This document shows, in pieces, positions 20,575 to 31,034 of a stretch of DNA of 64,000 bases. Both the position numbers and the translations under genes were made by a program. Source of the DNA: Candidatus Aphodoplasma sp. (GTDB lineage: Bacteria; Bacillota; Clostridia; UBA1381; UMGS1253). A model generated the notes under the pieces. That model did not search any database. It worked only from the letters and a program-made list of their open reading frames with translations, and was not told the DNA's origin. The stretch covers positions 27,147 to 91,146 of the forward strand of contig JAZQIM010000012.1 of NCBI GenBank assembly GCA_045541115.1. The letters are read 5' to 3'. The number at the start of each line of letters is the position of its first letter. The stretch's first letter is position 1.

Positions 20575-22830
20575 TTGGATAAAAAAAAGAAGATATATTC
20601 ATATATATGCCACGATAGTTATAAGCCGATTACGGCGCAGGAGATGGCAATTATGCTTGATGTGCCGAAATGTGATTACGAAGAATTTTTCTCTATTATA
20701 GATGAGCTTGCAAACGAAGGAAAAATACTTATAAATAAGCGCGGCATGATAAAAAAAGCGCCAAATGAAAACATTATATACGGAACAATCCGCCTGATAC
20801 GTTCGGGCAGCGGTTTTGTTATGCCGATAAACACTGATGGCGTGAGTGAAAACGAAGAAATATTTATTGATAAAAGGAATACGAATTATGCATTTGACGG
20901 CGATACTGTAGCAATAAAGCTTTGCAGTACGCAAAAAGGTGTAAAAAGAAAAAGCAAAGAAGGAATCGTTACAAGGGTAGTGAGGCGCAAAAACGACGAG
21001 TTTGTCGGTACAGTAATCGGTAGCGGAAAAAACGCGATGTTTTTAATAGACAGTATGAGTGATGCATTGGCAAGAATATCTCAGGACAGTGCTTGCGCTC
21101 AGGAAGGGCAGAAAGTGCTTGCAAAGGTCGTAAAATATCCTGATGAAAAAAATCGCATGACTGTTCGTGTGATTAATGTCTTGGGCGATGCCGGAAAGCT
21201 TGATTCATATATAAAAGGCATTATTTTTGAGCACAAGATACCAAGTGAGTTTTCAAAGGAAACGAAAAAACAAGTGCGCGAAATAAAAAGAGAAGTTGAC
21301 GAAAGCGAGCTTGTGGGAAGACGCGATTTCAGGGGAGATCGGGTAATTACAATCGATGGCGAAGATGCGCGCGATTTAGACGATGCGGTATGTATAAAAA
21401 AACACGACGACTCATCGTATACGCTTTACGTTCACATAGCTGATGTATCATATTATGTAGGCGAAAATACGCCGATTGATATTGATGCTTATGAGAGAGC
21501 GACGAGCGTGTATTTTCCGCAGTGCGTAATACCGATGCTTCCACGGGAGCTTTCGAATGGGATTTGCAGCCTTAATGAAGGTGTAGACAGACTTACGATG
21601 TCGCTTCAGATTGAGCTTGATAAAGATGCAAACGTAAAGGATTATACCTTGTGCGAAGGCGTTATTCGCTCGAAGCACAGAATGACGTACACAAACGTTA
21701 CGGCGATACTTGAAGGCGATGAGGAGCTTTCGCAAAAATACAGTGATATTTGTGACGATTTATTTAATATGAAGGAGCTTGCGATGCTTTTAAAAAGCAA
21801 GCGAAGCGAGCGCGGAGCGATTGATTTTAATCTTGATGAGCCGAAGGTTATATTTGATGAAAACGAAAATATAGTAGATATAAAAGCGTATGAAACTGGA
21901 GTATCAAACGAAATCATAGAACAGTTTATGATTCTGGCAAATGAAGTTATCGCAAAACATGCGCAGAAAAACGACTTACCGTTCGTATATCGTATCCATG
22001 AGGCGCCGGGCGTTGAAAAGCTTACACATCTTAGAAAATGCCTTGCGTTATTTGGGATAGATTTTACGTTTTCTGAAGATGAGCAGATTTCTCCTAAGGA
22101 TATTCAAAAAATAGTTCGCTCTATAAAAGGCCATGAGAGTGAGTCGGTAATCGCATCTTTGTGCTTGCGCTCTATGACGAAGGCACAGTATAGTCCGGAA
22201 AACCTGGGCCACTTCGGACTTGCGATGGCTTATTATTGTCACTTTACATCGCCGATACGCCGCTATCCCGACCTTGCGATTCACAGGATACTTCGTGAGA
22301 GCGCAAAGAAGATGAGCAAAAAAAGAAAAGATTATCTTATTTCATTTACCCAGCGCTCATCGATACAGTCGAGCGAAGCGGAAGTGAGAGCCATCGAGGC
22401 GCAAAGAGATGCCGACAAGGTGTGTGCGTGCCTTTATATGTCGCGTTTTATTGGTTGCGAATTTGATGCAGTTATATCTTCTGTAACTGATTTTGGCATA
22501 TTTGTAGATCTCGGCGGGTGTATCGAAGGCCTTGTGCCGATGGCGCAGCTTTGTGACGATTATTATGTTTATGAACAGGATTTACTTCGATTGCGCGGCG
22601 AGCGAGGAGGAAGAATTTTTGCTTTAGGCGACAGTGTGCGCGTTCGTCTTACTGATTCAAATGCTCTTGAAAGACGCATTGATTTTGAGATTGTAGGTAT
22701 GAAAAAGGACCGTAAAAGCGCTATGCGCGAGTGCGGTAAAAGAAGTAGTGATTTAAAGAAGAAAAATGAAGGTGCAAAAAGGAAATTCAAATCGTTTGTA
22801 AAAAAGAAAACGAGAAGAAAAAGACGATAA
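20575..22830 (+). CDS. rnr: Ribonuclease R
   Basis: TIDGEDARDLDDA, HIADVS, HFTSPIRRYPDL, S1 domain, basic tail. Confidence 0.97.
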   Translation: MDKKKKIYSYICHDSYKPITAQEMAIMLDVPKCDYEEFFSIIDELANEGKILINKRGMIKKAPNENIIYGTIRLIRSGSGFVMPINTDGVSENEEIFIDKRNTNYAFDGDTVAIKLCSTQKGVKRKSKEGIVTRVVRRKNDEFVGTVIGSGKNAMFLIDSMSDALARISQDSACAQEGQKVLAKVVKYPDEKNRMTVRVINVLGDAGKLDSYIKGIIFEHKIPSEFSKETKKQVREIKREVDESELVGRRDFRGDRVITIDGEDARDLDDAVCIKKHDDSSYTLYVHIADVSYYVGENTPIDIDAYERATSVYFPQCVIPMLPRELSNGICSLNEGVDRLTMSLQIELDKDANVKDYTLCEGVIRSKHRMTYTNVTAILEGDEELSQKYSDICDDLFNMKELAMLLKSKRSERGAIDFNLDEPKVIFDENENIVDIKAYETGVSNEIIEQFMILANEVIAKHAQKNDLPFVYRIHEAPGVEKLTHLRKCLALFGIDFTFSEDEQISPKDIQKIVRSIKGHESESVIASLCLRSMTKAQYSPENLGHFGLAMAYYCHFTSPIRRYPDLAIHRILRESAKKMSKKRKDYLISFTQRSSIQSSEAEVRAIEAQRDADKVCACLYMSRFIGCEFDAVISSVTDFGIFVDLGGCIEGLVPMAQLCDDYYVYEQDLLRLRGERGGRIFALGDSVRVRLTDSNALERRIDFEIVGMKKDRKSAMRECGKRSSDLKKKNEGAKRKFKSFVKKKTRRKRR

Positions 22831-22864
22831 AAAAAGCCTTGCAAAGGATTTGCAAGGCTTTTTT
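22829..22864 (+). terminator. Intrinsic terminator after rnr
   Basis: AAAAAAGCCTTGCAAA-gga-TTTGCAAGGCTTTTTT. Confidence 0.9.
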
Positions 22865-22886
22865 ATTTGCAAGATCATTTTACGAA

Positions 22887-22916
22887 TCATATTTTGTCCA
22901 TCTTTTTCATACAAAT
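22887..22916 (+). promoter_or_regulatory. sigma-E promoter of spoIVF locus
   Basis: TCATATT...CATACAAAT with ATA-16 bp-CATA spacing. Confidence 0.7.
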
Positions 22917-22937
22917 TCTAGTAAAGGAGTGATATGT

Positions 22938-23321
22938 ATGGAAAGAGTATATCAATCGCCGCGGGTGTACAGTCGAGCAGGATGTGCAAATATACGAAGG
23001 AAAAAAGAAGATAAACCGCTTTTTTCATTAAGGAAGACTATATTTAAAACTATCGCAAGTGTACTTGTTTTTATTTTCATATACAGCGTAAATTTCTATG
23101 ACAATGATTTTTGCAAACGAGTTCAAAACGAGGCATCATATATGGTTAATTACACAGTCGATGTGCAAACGGCATATACAAGCGCGCAGCAAATTGTTAA
23201 ATATATGCTTGGAGGCATAGAGCAAAGCAGAATCTACATAACAGATAATGTCATAAAGAAAGAAACGCAAGAAAGTCATCAAACGACGGATGTGCCCGTA
23301 CAGGAAAACAGCAGCATATGA
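22938..23321 (+). CDS. SpoIVFA-position single-TM protein lacking an M23 domain
   Basis: RBS AAGGAG; one TM segment; stop overlaps spoIVFB start. Confidence 0.65.
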   Translation: MERVYQSPRVYSRAGCANIRRKKEDKPLFSLRKTIFKTIASVLVFIFIYSVNFYDNDFCKRVQNEASYMVNYTVDVQTAYTSAQQIVKYMLGGIEQSRIYITDNVIKKETQESHQTTDVPVQENSSI

Positions 23322-24217
23322 TAAAAATCGGGAAAGTATATATAAACCTGTTTTTGTTCGCTCTGATAGCTGCAGCATATGTGACCAATTCTTTGTTTGA
23401 GCTATGTGTTTCATATATTTGTGTGACGCTTCATGAGCTTTCGCATATGTTTGCGGCGCTTTACTATAAAATTGACGTAAACGGTTTTGTGATAATGCCT
23501 TTTGGTGTCAGTCTACGCCTTAAAGAAAGTCAGATTTCAGAACCGATGCATGAGTGTGTTGTTTGCGTGGCGGGACCGGCAATGAATTTAGTTTTAGCTT
23601 TAGCGGCTTTATTTTTTCGCATGCACAGTGTAGGCAATTTGCGCTCCGTCGACTTTTTTATATCATCAAATTTAGCAATATTTTTAATAAATATAATTCC
23701 CATTGTGCCGCTAGATGGCGGAAGGATATTTCGGGCATTTATGACATCGAAATTTGGTTTTATCCGTGCAGCAAAAACGGCAAATGTTATCTCACAGATA
23801 AACATAGCACTTATCGGTATTTTGGGTATATATGTTTTATATGTGACCCATTTTAATGTATCGATAATGCTTATATGCACATTTTTAATATTTAATATGA
23901 GTAGCGAAAAAAGAAATAATGAGCTTGCGCTTATGCGCCAGATTGTTCACTCCAAGAAGAAGCTTGCCGAGAGTGAAATGATGCGTGTGCGCGAGCTTGC
24001 GGTGACAGGCAATGTAAGCGTGCGCCGTCTTTTGAAGAGTTTTTCGTACGATTGCTATTACATCGTAAATGTTATCGATAAGGATATGAAAATACGCCGG
24101 TGTCTGACCGAGACACAGATAATAAATGCGGCATCGCATACTGCAAAAAATGAGACAATCGACAAATTATTTGATAAATTTACACAACCTATTGTATTAG
24201 ATAGAAAAGTGTGTTAG
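23318..24217 (+). CDS. spoIVFB: M50 site-2 protease (pro-sigK processing)
   Basis: HELSH, AGPAMN, NIIPIVPLDGG, C-terminal CBS-like region; sigE promoter. Confidence 0.85.
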   Translation: MIKIGKVYINLFLFALIAAAYVTNSLFELCVSYICVTLHELSHMFAALYYKIDVNGFVIMPFGVSLRLKESQISEPMHECVVCVAGPAMNLVLALAALFFRMHSVGNLRSVDFFISSNLAIFLINIIPIVPLDGGRIFRAFMTSKFGFIRAAKTANVISQINIALIGILGIYVLYVTHFNVSIMLICTFLIFNMSSEKRNNELALMRQIVHSKKKLAESEMMRVRELAVTGNVSVRRLLKSFSYDCYYIVNVIDKDMKIRRCLTETQIINAASHTAKNETIDKLFDKFTQPIVLDRKVC

Positions 24218-24269
24218 AATATAGTATATAAAGATGTATGTGATTAAATACAAAAGGGGAGATGAGTAA

Positions 24270-25586
24270 ATGGCAAGAATAATACCGTTTAAGGGATTAA
24301 GATATGATGAAAAAAAGGTTGGTGGACTTCAAAATGTAGTTACGCCGCCATATGATATTATTTCCGGCGAGCAGCAAAAAGGATATTACGATAAGCATCA
24401 AAACAGCGTAATCAGACTCGAGTACGGAATGCAATATGACACAGATACCGATAGTGATAACAGATATACGCGTGCCGCAACGTGTCTTAATGAGTGGCTT
24501 GGTGAAGGCGTGCTAAAATTTGAAGACGAAGAAAGTTTGTATCTTTATGAACAAAAATTTTCATATATGGGACAGGAGCTTACATACAGAGGTTTTCTGA
24601 CTCTTACACAGCTTGAAGAGTTTTCAAAAGAAATTGTACTTCCGCATGAAGAAACTCTTTCCAAAGCAAAAACAGACAGATTTGAACTTATGAGTACGAC
24701 ACATGCAAACTTTAGCCCGATATATTGTTTGTATATGGATGAAGAGAAGAAGATTAATGCCATTATGGAAGAAATCACAGCCAGAAAAGCGGATGTAAGC
24801 TTTATATGTGACGACGATGGTATTGAGCAAAATGTTTGGATTGTGAAGGATAAAGCGACTATAGACAGTATTTGCGCTGCATTTTCGGACAAACAGTTCT
24901 TTATTGCCGACGGACATCACAGATACGAAACGGCGCTCAATTTCAGAAATAAAATGCGTCAGGAAAATCCCGACTGGAAAGATGAGGATAAGTTCAATTT
25001 TGTTATGATGATGGTTGTTGACATGGAAGATTCCGGTCTTGTGGTATTTCCGACTCACAGACTTGTTAATAATGTTAAAATGGATGAAGCGATGGCTGTG
25101 TCGCTTCTGAAGGATAATTTTGATATCGATAAAATCATCGTTAGCAAAGATATTAAAATGATTTGGGAAGCGATGAATATGGATTTGGCAGCTATGCAGC
25201 AAACGAAGGGCTTTACGCTTTATTTTGGCGACGATTATTATTACCGCTTAAAGCTTCGTGATGCATCTGTTATGGAGGAGTTTTTGCCTGATAAATCGCA
25301 TGCATATCGAAACCTTGATGTTACAATTTTGCATACATTAATTCTTGATAATATATATGGAATTGATACTGAAAATCTTGCGAATCAGTCGAATCTTACA
25401 TATACACGTGATGCGCTTGAGGCGCTTGAAGCGGTACAAAATGGCTCGCAGCAATGTGCATTTCTTTTAAATGCGACAAAGGTTAGCGAAATAAAAGATG
25501 TTTCTCTTGCGAAGGAAAAAATGCCGCAAAAATCGACGTATTTCTATCCAAAACTCGTTACGGGAATAGTTATGAATAAGTTCTAA
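24270..25586 (+). CDS. DUF1015-family protein
   Basis: PPYDII, PHEET, IADGHHRYETA, PQKSTYFYPK. Confidence 0.9.
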   Translation: MARIIPFKGLRYDEKKVGGLQNVVTPPYDIISGEQQKGYYDKHQNSVIRLEYGMQYDTDTDSDNRYTRAATCLNEWLGEGVLKFEDEESLYLYEQKFSYMGQELTYRGFLTLTQLEEFSKEIVLPHEETLSKAKTDRFELMSTTHANFSPIYCLYMDEEKKINAIMEEITARKADVSFICDDDGIEQNVWIVKDKATIDSICAAFSDKQFFIADGHHRYETALNFRNKMRQENPDWKDEDKFNFVMMMVVDMEDSGLVVFPTHRLVNNVKMDEAMAVSLLKDNFDIDKIIVSKDIKMIWEAMNMDLAAMQQTKGFTLYFGDDYYYRLKLRDASVMEEFLPDKSHAYRNLDVTILHTLILDNIYGIDTENLANQSNLTYTRDALEALEAVQNGSQQCAFLLNATKVSEIKDVSLAKEKMPQKSTYFYPKLVTGIVMNKF

Positions 25587-25588
25587 TA

Positions 25589-25624
25589 AAAAAGCAGGTG
25601 CAACCGTGACGAGCACCTGCTTTT
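25589..25624. terminator. Bidirectional terminator
   Basis: AAAAGCAGGTGC...GCACCTGCTTTT. Confidence 0.8.
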
Positions 25625-25627
25625 AAT

Positions 25628-26080
25628 TTAATAAACTATACGAAACAGCCAAAGTAAAAGCCCGGCGATGATCGAAGTGGATATGCCGAAAACAAGCACA
25701 GGCCCTGCAATTGTAAACATTTTAGCGGCCATTCCTAGCACAAGGCCTTCGCTTTTAAATTCCATTGCAGGTGAAACAATAGAATTAGCAAACCCTGTAA
25801 TGGGGACGATTGTGCCCGCGCCGGCAACTTTTGCGATTTTATTATATAAGTTAAGACCTGTTAAAAGTGAGCCGATAAATATGAGAGTAATGCTTGTTGC
25901 AGCGCTTGCACTATCTTTTGTGAGCGATGTAAAATTCACATATAAATCGTTTATAAGCTGACCTATCGTACAGATAAGTCCGCCAAATAAAAAAGCGAAG
26001 AACATATCCTTTAAAAGTGGGGAATTGGGAGACTTTTTTTCTACATAGCTTTTATAGCCGCTGTTTGTCATATTTTTCAT
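25628..26080 (-). CDS. spoVAC: Stage V sporulation protein AC
   Basis: AFLFGGLIC, AGAGTIVPITGFANS, EFKSEG, MFTIAGPV. Confidence 0.95.
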   Translation of the reverse strand: MKNMTNSGYKSYVEKKSPNSPLLKDMFFAFLFGGLICTIGQLINDLYVNFTSLTKDSASAATSITLIFIGSLLTGLNLYNKIAKVAGAGTIVPITGFANSIVSPAMEFKSEGLVLGMAAKMFTIAGPVLVFGISTSIIAGLLLWLFRIVY

Positions 26081-26207
26081 AACGATACTTCCTTTGTATT
26101 TTTTTAGTATTCATAATTTGTGTAAAATCATAAAAAATATTCTCTATGGCATAAAACTTGCGTAAAGAAAGGATAATATTATTATATAAGTAAAGGCGGT
26201 GTTTTAA

Positions 26208-27242
26208 GTGAAAACAATAGCATTTTTTGATACAAAGCCGTATGATAAAAAATACTTTGATAAATACAAAGAAAAATACGGCGTAAATATTAAATATTTT
26301 GAGAGTAAGTTAAATGAAGATACTGCACGTATGAGCGTGGGCTGTGACGGAGTGGTTGCTTTTGTAAATGATGATGTAAATGAAAGTGTAATAAACACGT
26401 TATACGATAATGGTATACGAGTAATCGCGATGAGATGTGCGGGGTATAATAACGTAGATTTTGAAAAGGCATATGGAAAAGTTCATGTACTGCGTGTGCC
26501 CGCATACTCGCCGTATGCTGTTGCTGAACATGCGATGGCGATATTTTTAACGCTGAATCGAAAAACACATAGAGCCTACTACAGAACGCGCGATTTCAAT
26601 TTCAGTCTTAATGGGCTCGTCGGATTTGACTTGCATGGTAAGACGGCAGGCATAATCGGTACGGGAAAAATCGGACAGATTTTTATAGATATTTGCAAAG
26701 GTTTTGGATTAAAGACGATAGCGTATGATCCGTATCCACAGAAAGACAGCGATATAGAGTATGTAGAGCTTGATGAGCTTTTTTCACGCTCTGATATAAT
26801 ATCTCTTCACTGTCCGCTCACAGAGTCGACAAGACACATCATAAACGAAGAAAATATAAAGCTTATGCGTGACGGGGTATATATCATAAATACTTCGCGA
26901 GGTGCACTTATAGATAGTGAGGCACTCTTGGAGGCGATAAAAAATGAGAAGGTGGGTGGCGCCGCGCTTGACGTTTACGAGGAGGAAACCGATTTGTTTT
27001 TCGAGGACCTTTCGGGTGAGATTGTACAAGACGACGTATTGTCAAGACTTATTTCAATGCCAAATGTTTTAGTTACATCGCATCAGGCGTTTCTTACGGA
27101 TGAGGCGCTTGATAATATTGCCCAGACGACTCTTGATAATCTTTTTGCATTCTTTTCGGACAAGCCTTTATATAATGAGGTGTGTTACAGATGCCAGAAA
27201 AATGGCAGCTGCAAAAAAGATCATAAAGAGCGGTGTTTCTGA
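26208..27242 (+). CDS. ldhA: D-lactate / D-2-hydroxyacid dehydrogenase
   Basis: RCAGYNNVD, VPAYSP, GTGKIG, NTSRG, DVYEEE, HQAF. Confidence 0.9.
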   Translation: MKTIAFFDTKPYDKKYFDKYKEKYGVNIKYFESKLNEDTARMSVGCDGVVAFVNDDVNESVINTLYDNGIRVIAMRCAGYNNVDFEKAYGKVHVLRVPAYSPYAVAEHAMAIFLTLNRKTHRAYYRTRDFNFSLNGLVGFDLHGKTAGIIGTGKIGQIFIDICKGFGLKTIAYDPYPQKDSDIEYVELDELFSRSDIISLHCPLTESTRHIINEENIKLMRDGVYIINTSRGALIDSEALLEAIKNEKVGGAALDVYEEETDLFFEDLSGEIVQDDVLSRLISMPNVLVTSHQAFLTDEALDNIAQTTLDNLFAFFSDKPLYNEVCYRCQKNGSCKKDHKERCF

Positions 27243-27285
27243 TAAAAAATTAAAGCGCAGAAGAATCTGCGCTTTTTCTATTTGG

Positions 27286-29616
27286 TTAATAAATTGGGAT
27301 AAAGCGATAGCTTACCGAGTCATCTTTTGCGATATCTACAAGAATATATTTCAGACTATCTTTCATTGACAAGAAGTTTTTCGTCGTCATAGACTCGCTA
27401 AATCCCGGTGTTTGTATATATCGCACACCATCTTGCACCGTAGATGAGGTCGTATCTCCTATACAAAATACATATACATCTGCACCTCGCTTGCTCGCCT
27501 CACTAAGTAAATCGTTAAACAACTTTGTTTCTTTTTTGATTACAAAGCTTGGCTGTGTTTGCATAAACACAAACAAATTGCCACCATTTACAGCTTGTAT
27601 TTCGTCTATAAACCAGTTCCATTCTTTTGAGCTCATAAAGCTGTCTTCGCTGTCTAAAATAATAAACTTATTATTTCCCTGTGCAAAGCTTCGAAACGGG
27701 TAGCAAACCTCTGTCGGTATTGAAATGTTAGGCTCTATATTGTCAGTAGCCTTCGTAGTTAAGATAAAGGCTTTTTGCGCATTTGCATTGATTTTTGAAA
27801 GTGAAGTTTTCATTATAATATTATTAAACAGCGTATCTGAGCTTTTCACGTTTCCAAAAACAGCAAAGCGCATCGAATAATCATCAGGAAGGGAAGTGTC
27901 TGTTTTGTCGACGGTGTCGACGGCAGTTTTGTCTGCGGGGAGCGGAATTATATCCTCGCTTTTCCCAACATTTACGCTCATATAAATGACCGCATCTCCG
28001 AATTTTGCACTCATGAGTGCGCAGCCACGTCTGTCGCCGACAACGAATGAATCTTTTACATGGGCGATTGAATCGGAAAAGTTTACCACCATGTCGCTAA
28101 GCGATACGGGTGCGCTGTAACCGTTTATATCTGTTACGAGCAGGTTTATTTCTTTAGAGGAGTTAATACCTATTTCTATTTTTCTTTCGCTGTTCTCAAT
28201 CTTATATGGAGTGCCCAGTACGTTTAGCTTGATGCTTGCAGCAGCACCGTTTTTAGCTTTAGCAGTAATAGTTGCTTCTCCCGCACTTTTCGGGAAAAAT
28301 GTATTTTCCTTAAAGTATCCGTTAACTCCCGAGACGGAGTAGGTAAGAGAGTTTTCATTTACATCTACAGGATAATAGTACTCGTCAAAGCCTTGTGTAT
28401 TTATGTCGATGCCCGAGCCGACAAATACATTTTCGCTCTTTGTATCGAGCTTTAAATTTTTTAAAATCGATGTCTTCTCTGCCGATGAAATAATAGCAAG
28501 AGATGATGAAACTTTTCTTTGAGCGCCGTCAGATGGCACATTTACATTTTCATATGATGAATCTTTAAGGTTTTTAGTAACGAGTGTAGATGAGCCGCCA
28601 CCATCAAGGTTTACAGCGGTATGTGCACCGATATATTTCATAAATGCTGCAAGCTCGCTCATGCTCATTCCGCTTGAATTATCTGTTCTGCCTTCGACTA
28701 CTGTAAAATACAGTTTGCGACCATCTTTTGATATGCCGAGCGCGCTTCGTGGATTTGTTCCGCTTACATTGTGCGAAAACGTGTTAAGGGCTTTACCGTT
28801 TTCAACAAGAAGGGCGCCTGCGCCTACGGCAAGCGAAATGTTATCAAAATCGATGCTTGATGTTTCTGTGAGGACTATTTTATCTCCAATTTTAAAATTG
28901 TCTAATAAAAACGTATCGTGGTCAGAAAGGCCTGCCAACACATACATATTGTCTTTTAACTCAACGGGCTCACTTGAGAAGCGAATCTCGGTGACTATAT
29001 CGTCCGTGACGACAATTTCGTATAAAGTTTCGGTAGAGCCTAATGAATGTGTGTCGTAAAGATTATCGTACATCATAATTTGGGAAAGGTCGCTTGCTTT
29101 GTTTTTGCCGCCTAGTTGTCTTTGTTCTCCGTGTGGAGCGGTAATCGTAATTTTGTAATCGATAATATCTGCAAACACATTTTGGCTCATATCCTGCATT
29201 ATAGTGTACATTCCTTTGTTTGTCGATGGCGAGGAATGAAACTTTTTATCAAAAAACACTGCGCCGATGGGCGAGCCCTGGCCCGATTTTTCTCCCCAGT
29301 TAAAAAAGTCTGCATTTATCGCGATTGTTGCATCAGAATTTTTTGCCATCTGCGATACTGTCGTAAGATATTTTGTGCCTTGAGGATTTGATAATACGCC
29401 AAGCGAAAGGTGCGGATAGCTTAAATCAGCAGTAGCGACGTACGCGGTGTTGAAGCGTCTGTCCGACATAAAAATTTCGTAGCTTGTAAGAGCAGCCCCC
29501 TTTGTTATATCGCTCTTAGTTTGGTATATATATTTCATATCTGCCGCAAAAATAGTTTTTGATGCGGTAAGCAGAAAAAGTATTGACATAAAAACAAATA
29601 TAAGCTTTTTTTTCAT
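27286..29616 (-). CDS. Secreted phosphodiester glycosidase (NAGPA) family protein
   Basis: Signal peptide; INADFF, NPRSALG, VVEGR, NLDGGGSS; Ig-like and degenerate metallophosphoesterase-like C-terminus. Confidence 0.85.
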   Translation of the reverse strand: MKKKLIFVFMSILFLLTASKTIFAADMKYIYQTKSDITKGAALTSYEIFMSDRRFNTAYVATADLSYPHLSLGVLSNPQGTKYLTTVSQMAKNSDATIAINADFFNWGEKSGQGSPIGAVFFDKKFHSSPSTNKGMYTIMQDMSQNVFADIIDYKITITAPHGEQRQLGGKNKASDLSQIMMYDNLYDTHSLGSTETLYEIVVTDDIVTEIRFSSEPVELKDNMYVLAGLSDHDTFLLDNFKIGDKIVLTETSSIDFDNISLAVGAGALLVENGKALNTFSHNVSGTNPRSALGISKDGRKLYFTVVEGRTDNSSGMSMSELAAFMKYIGAHTAVNLDGGGSSTLVTKNLKDSSYENVNVPSDGAQRKVSSSLAIISSAEKTSILKNLKLDTKSENVFVGSGIDINTQGFDEYYYPVDVNENSLTYSVSGVNGYFKENTFFPKSAGEATITAKAKNGAAASIKLNVLGTPYKIENSERKIEIGINSSKEINLLVTDINGYSAPVSLSDMVVNFSDSIAHVKDSFVVGDRRGCALMSAKFGDAVIYMSVNVGKSEDIIPLPADKTAVDTVDKTDTSLPDDYSMRFAVFGNVKSSDTLFNNIIMKTSLSKINANAQKAFILTTKATDNIEPNISIPTEVCYPFRSFAQGNNKFIILDSEDSFMSSKEWNWFIDEIQAVNGGNLFVFMQTQPSFVIKKETKLFNDLLSEASKRGADVYVFCIGDTTSSTVQDGVRYIQTPGFSESMTTKNFLSMKDSLKYILVDIAKDDSVSYRFIPIY

Positions 29617-29644
29617 AATATTTTACCTCGCTAAATAGATTAGG

Positions 29645-30196
29645 TTACTTATCATCAGATGAATCATTAGTTAGAATGTTTATTATAGTGTCGTAAAGCT
29701 GTGCATTTTTATTACGAAAAGCTTTACACATCTTTTTTGCAAGATCTTCATTGCCTGCATAAACATTAAGTGACAAAAGGCTTTTTTTGTCATCGCGAAG
29801 CTCAAGGTGTGCTTCAAATTCTTCATAATTTACAGCGACAGGCTTTGCGACAAGAGAGTCGCGCTTGTTTTGTTCTTCAAACAAAGATGAGATGCACTCA
29901 TCTACATATTCACGCACTTCGAGCGGAAGTTGCTTGCAAAAGTTTTCGGCGCCTGTTTCGCCTTCACGAGTAAGTGCGTAAAGAGTTTTATCCTCCATGC
30001 TTTTAAATATATAAATTTCGCCCGCACCATAAAGAAAGGCGAGTTCATCGTGTATATCGAAAAAGTCGATCGTCGCACTTGATAAAACGATATGCGATAT
30101 TTCATATGCGGTAAGTGCCCGCTTTGCGCTTAAAAGCGTATATAAAATAATGAGTCTTATTTCAAATTTGTCATCGATTTTGTAATAGTGCTTCAT
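29645..30196 (-). CDS. DUF4364-family protein
   Basis: Winged-helix-like N-terminus (LIILY...YALTREG) and typical C-terminus. Confidence 0.75.
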   Translation of the reverse strand: MKHYYKIDDKFEIRLIILYTLLSAKRALTAYEISHIVLSSATIDFFDIHDELAFLYGAGEIYIFKSMEDKTLYALTREGETGAENFCKQLPLEVREYVDECISSLFEEQNKRDSLVAKPVAVNYEEFEAHLELRDDKKSLLSLNVYAGNEDLAKKMCKAFRNKNAQLYDTIINILTNDSSDDK

Positions 30197-30341
30197 GTGT
30201 TCATACCCCTAATAGTAATTTTTATGTGTCTGTTAGATAATTATATCATATATTTAGCTTTTTTTGTAGCAAAAAATATAATTTTATGTTATACTTTATC
30301 TAACAATTATTTTACAAAAGATACTGAAAAAAGGTGATTGC

Positions 30342-31028
30342 GTGAAAACATATAACGAGCTTATTTCAAAAAAGCTTTGCTCGCTTGGCATAGATGAGTT
30401 TGGATTTGCAAAGACGAGCGATTTTGATGAAAACAGAGCGGCAAAACTGCCATATGCAATAAGCATTGTTGTGCCGTTGTCTGATTATATAATAGATGAG
30501 ATTGATAACGAGCCGACGTTTGCGTATTTTCAGCATTATCGAGCAGTAAATGCATACATAGATTCGACACTTTTACAGATAGGATTTACAATAGCGAAAA
30601 ACGGCTACAACTATTTGCCGATTGCAGCGTCACAGTCTATACCGACAAATACGCTTCCATATTCGGCGCTTGTAAGTCATAAAGCGGCGGCGCGTGCAGC
30701 CGGACTTGGAGCTGTTGGAAAAAGTGCATTATTTTTATCAAAACGTTATGGCGCAAGGGTTCGCCTCGGCACAATCCTTACCGATATGCCGTTTGACTGT
30801 GACGATATAGAGAAAATAAATTCTGTGTGCGGCGATTGCAACGTGTGCAAAAAAAGCTGCCCTGCGATGGCGATTGTGGGAAATAACTACGAAGAAGGTG
30901 CAGCTCGCGAAAGTCTTGTAGATGCGGCGGCATGCAGTAACTATATGAAAAAGAGCTTTCAGCATATCGGACGTGGCGTTGTGTGTGGAATATGCATGAG
31001 AGTATGTCCGTACAAAGGAGAAAGGTAG
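30342..31028 (+). CDS. QueG-like 4Fe-4S protein
   Basis: SHKAAARAAGLG, GARVRLGTILT, CxxCxxCxxxCP, CGICMRVCP. Confidence 0.85.
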   Translation: MKTYNELISKKLCSLGIDEFGFAKTSDFDENRAAKLPYAISIVVPLSDYIIDEIDNEPTFAYFQHYRAVNAYIDSTLLQIGFTIAKNGYNYLPIAASQSIPTNTLPYSALVSHKAAARAAGLGAVGKSALFLSKRYGARVRLGTILTDMPFDCDDIEKINSVCGDCNVCKKSCPAMAIVGNNYEEGAARESLVDAAACSNYMKKSFQHIGRGVVCGICMRVCPYKGER

Positions 31029-31034
31029 GAAACA

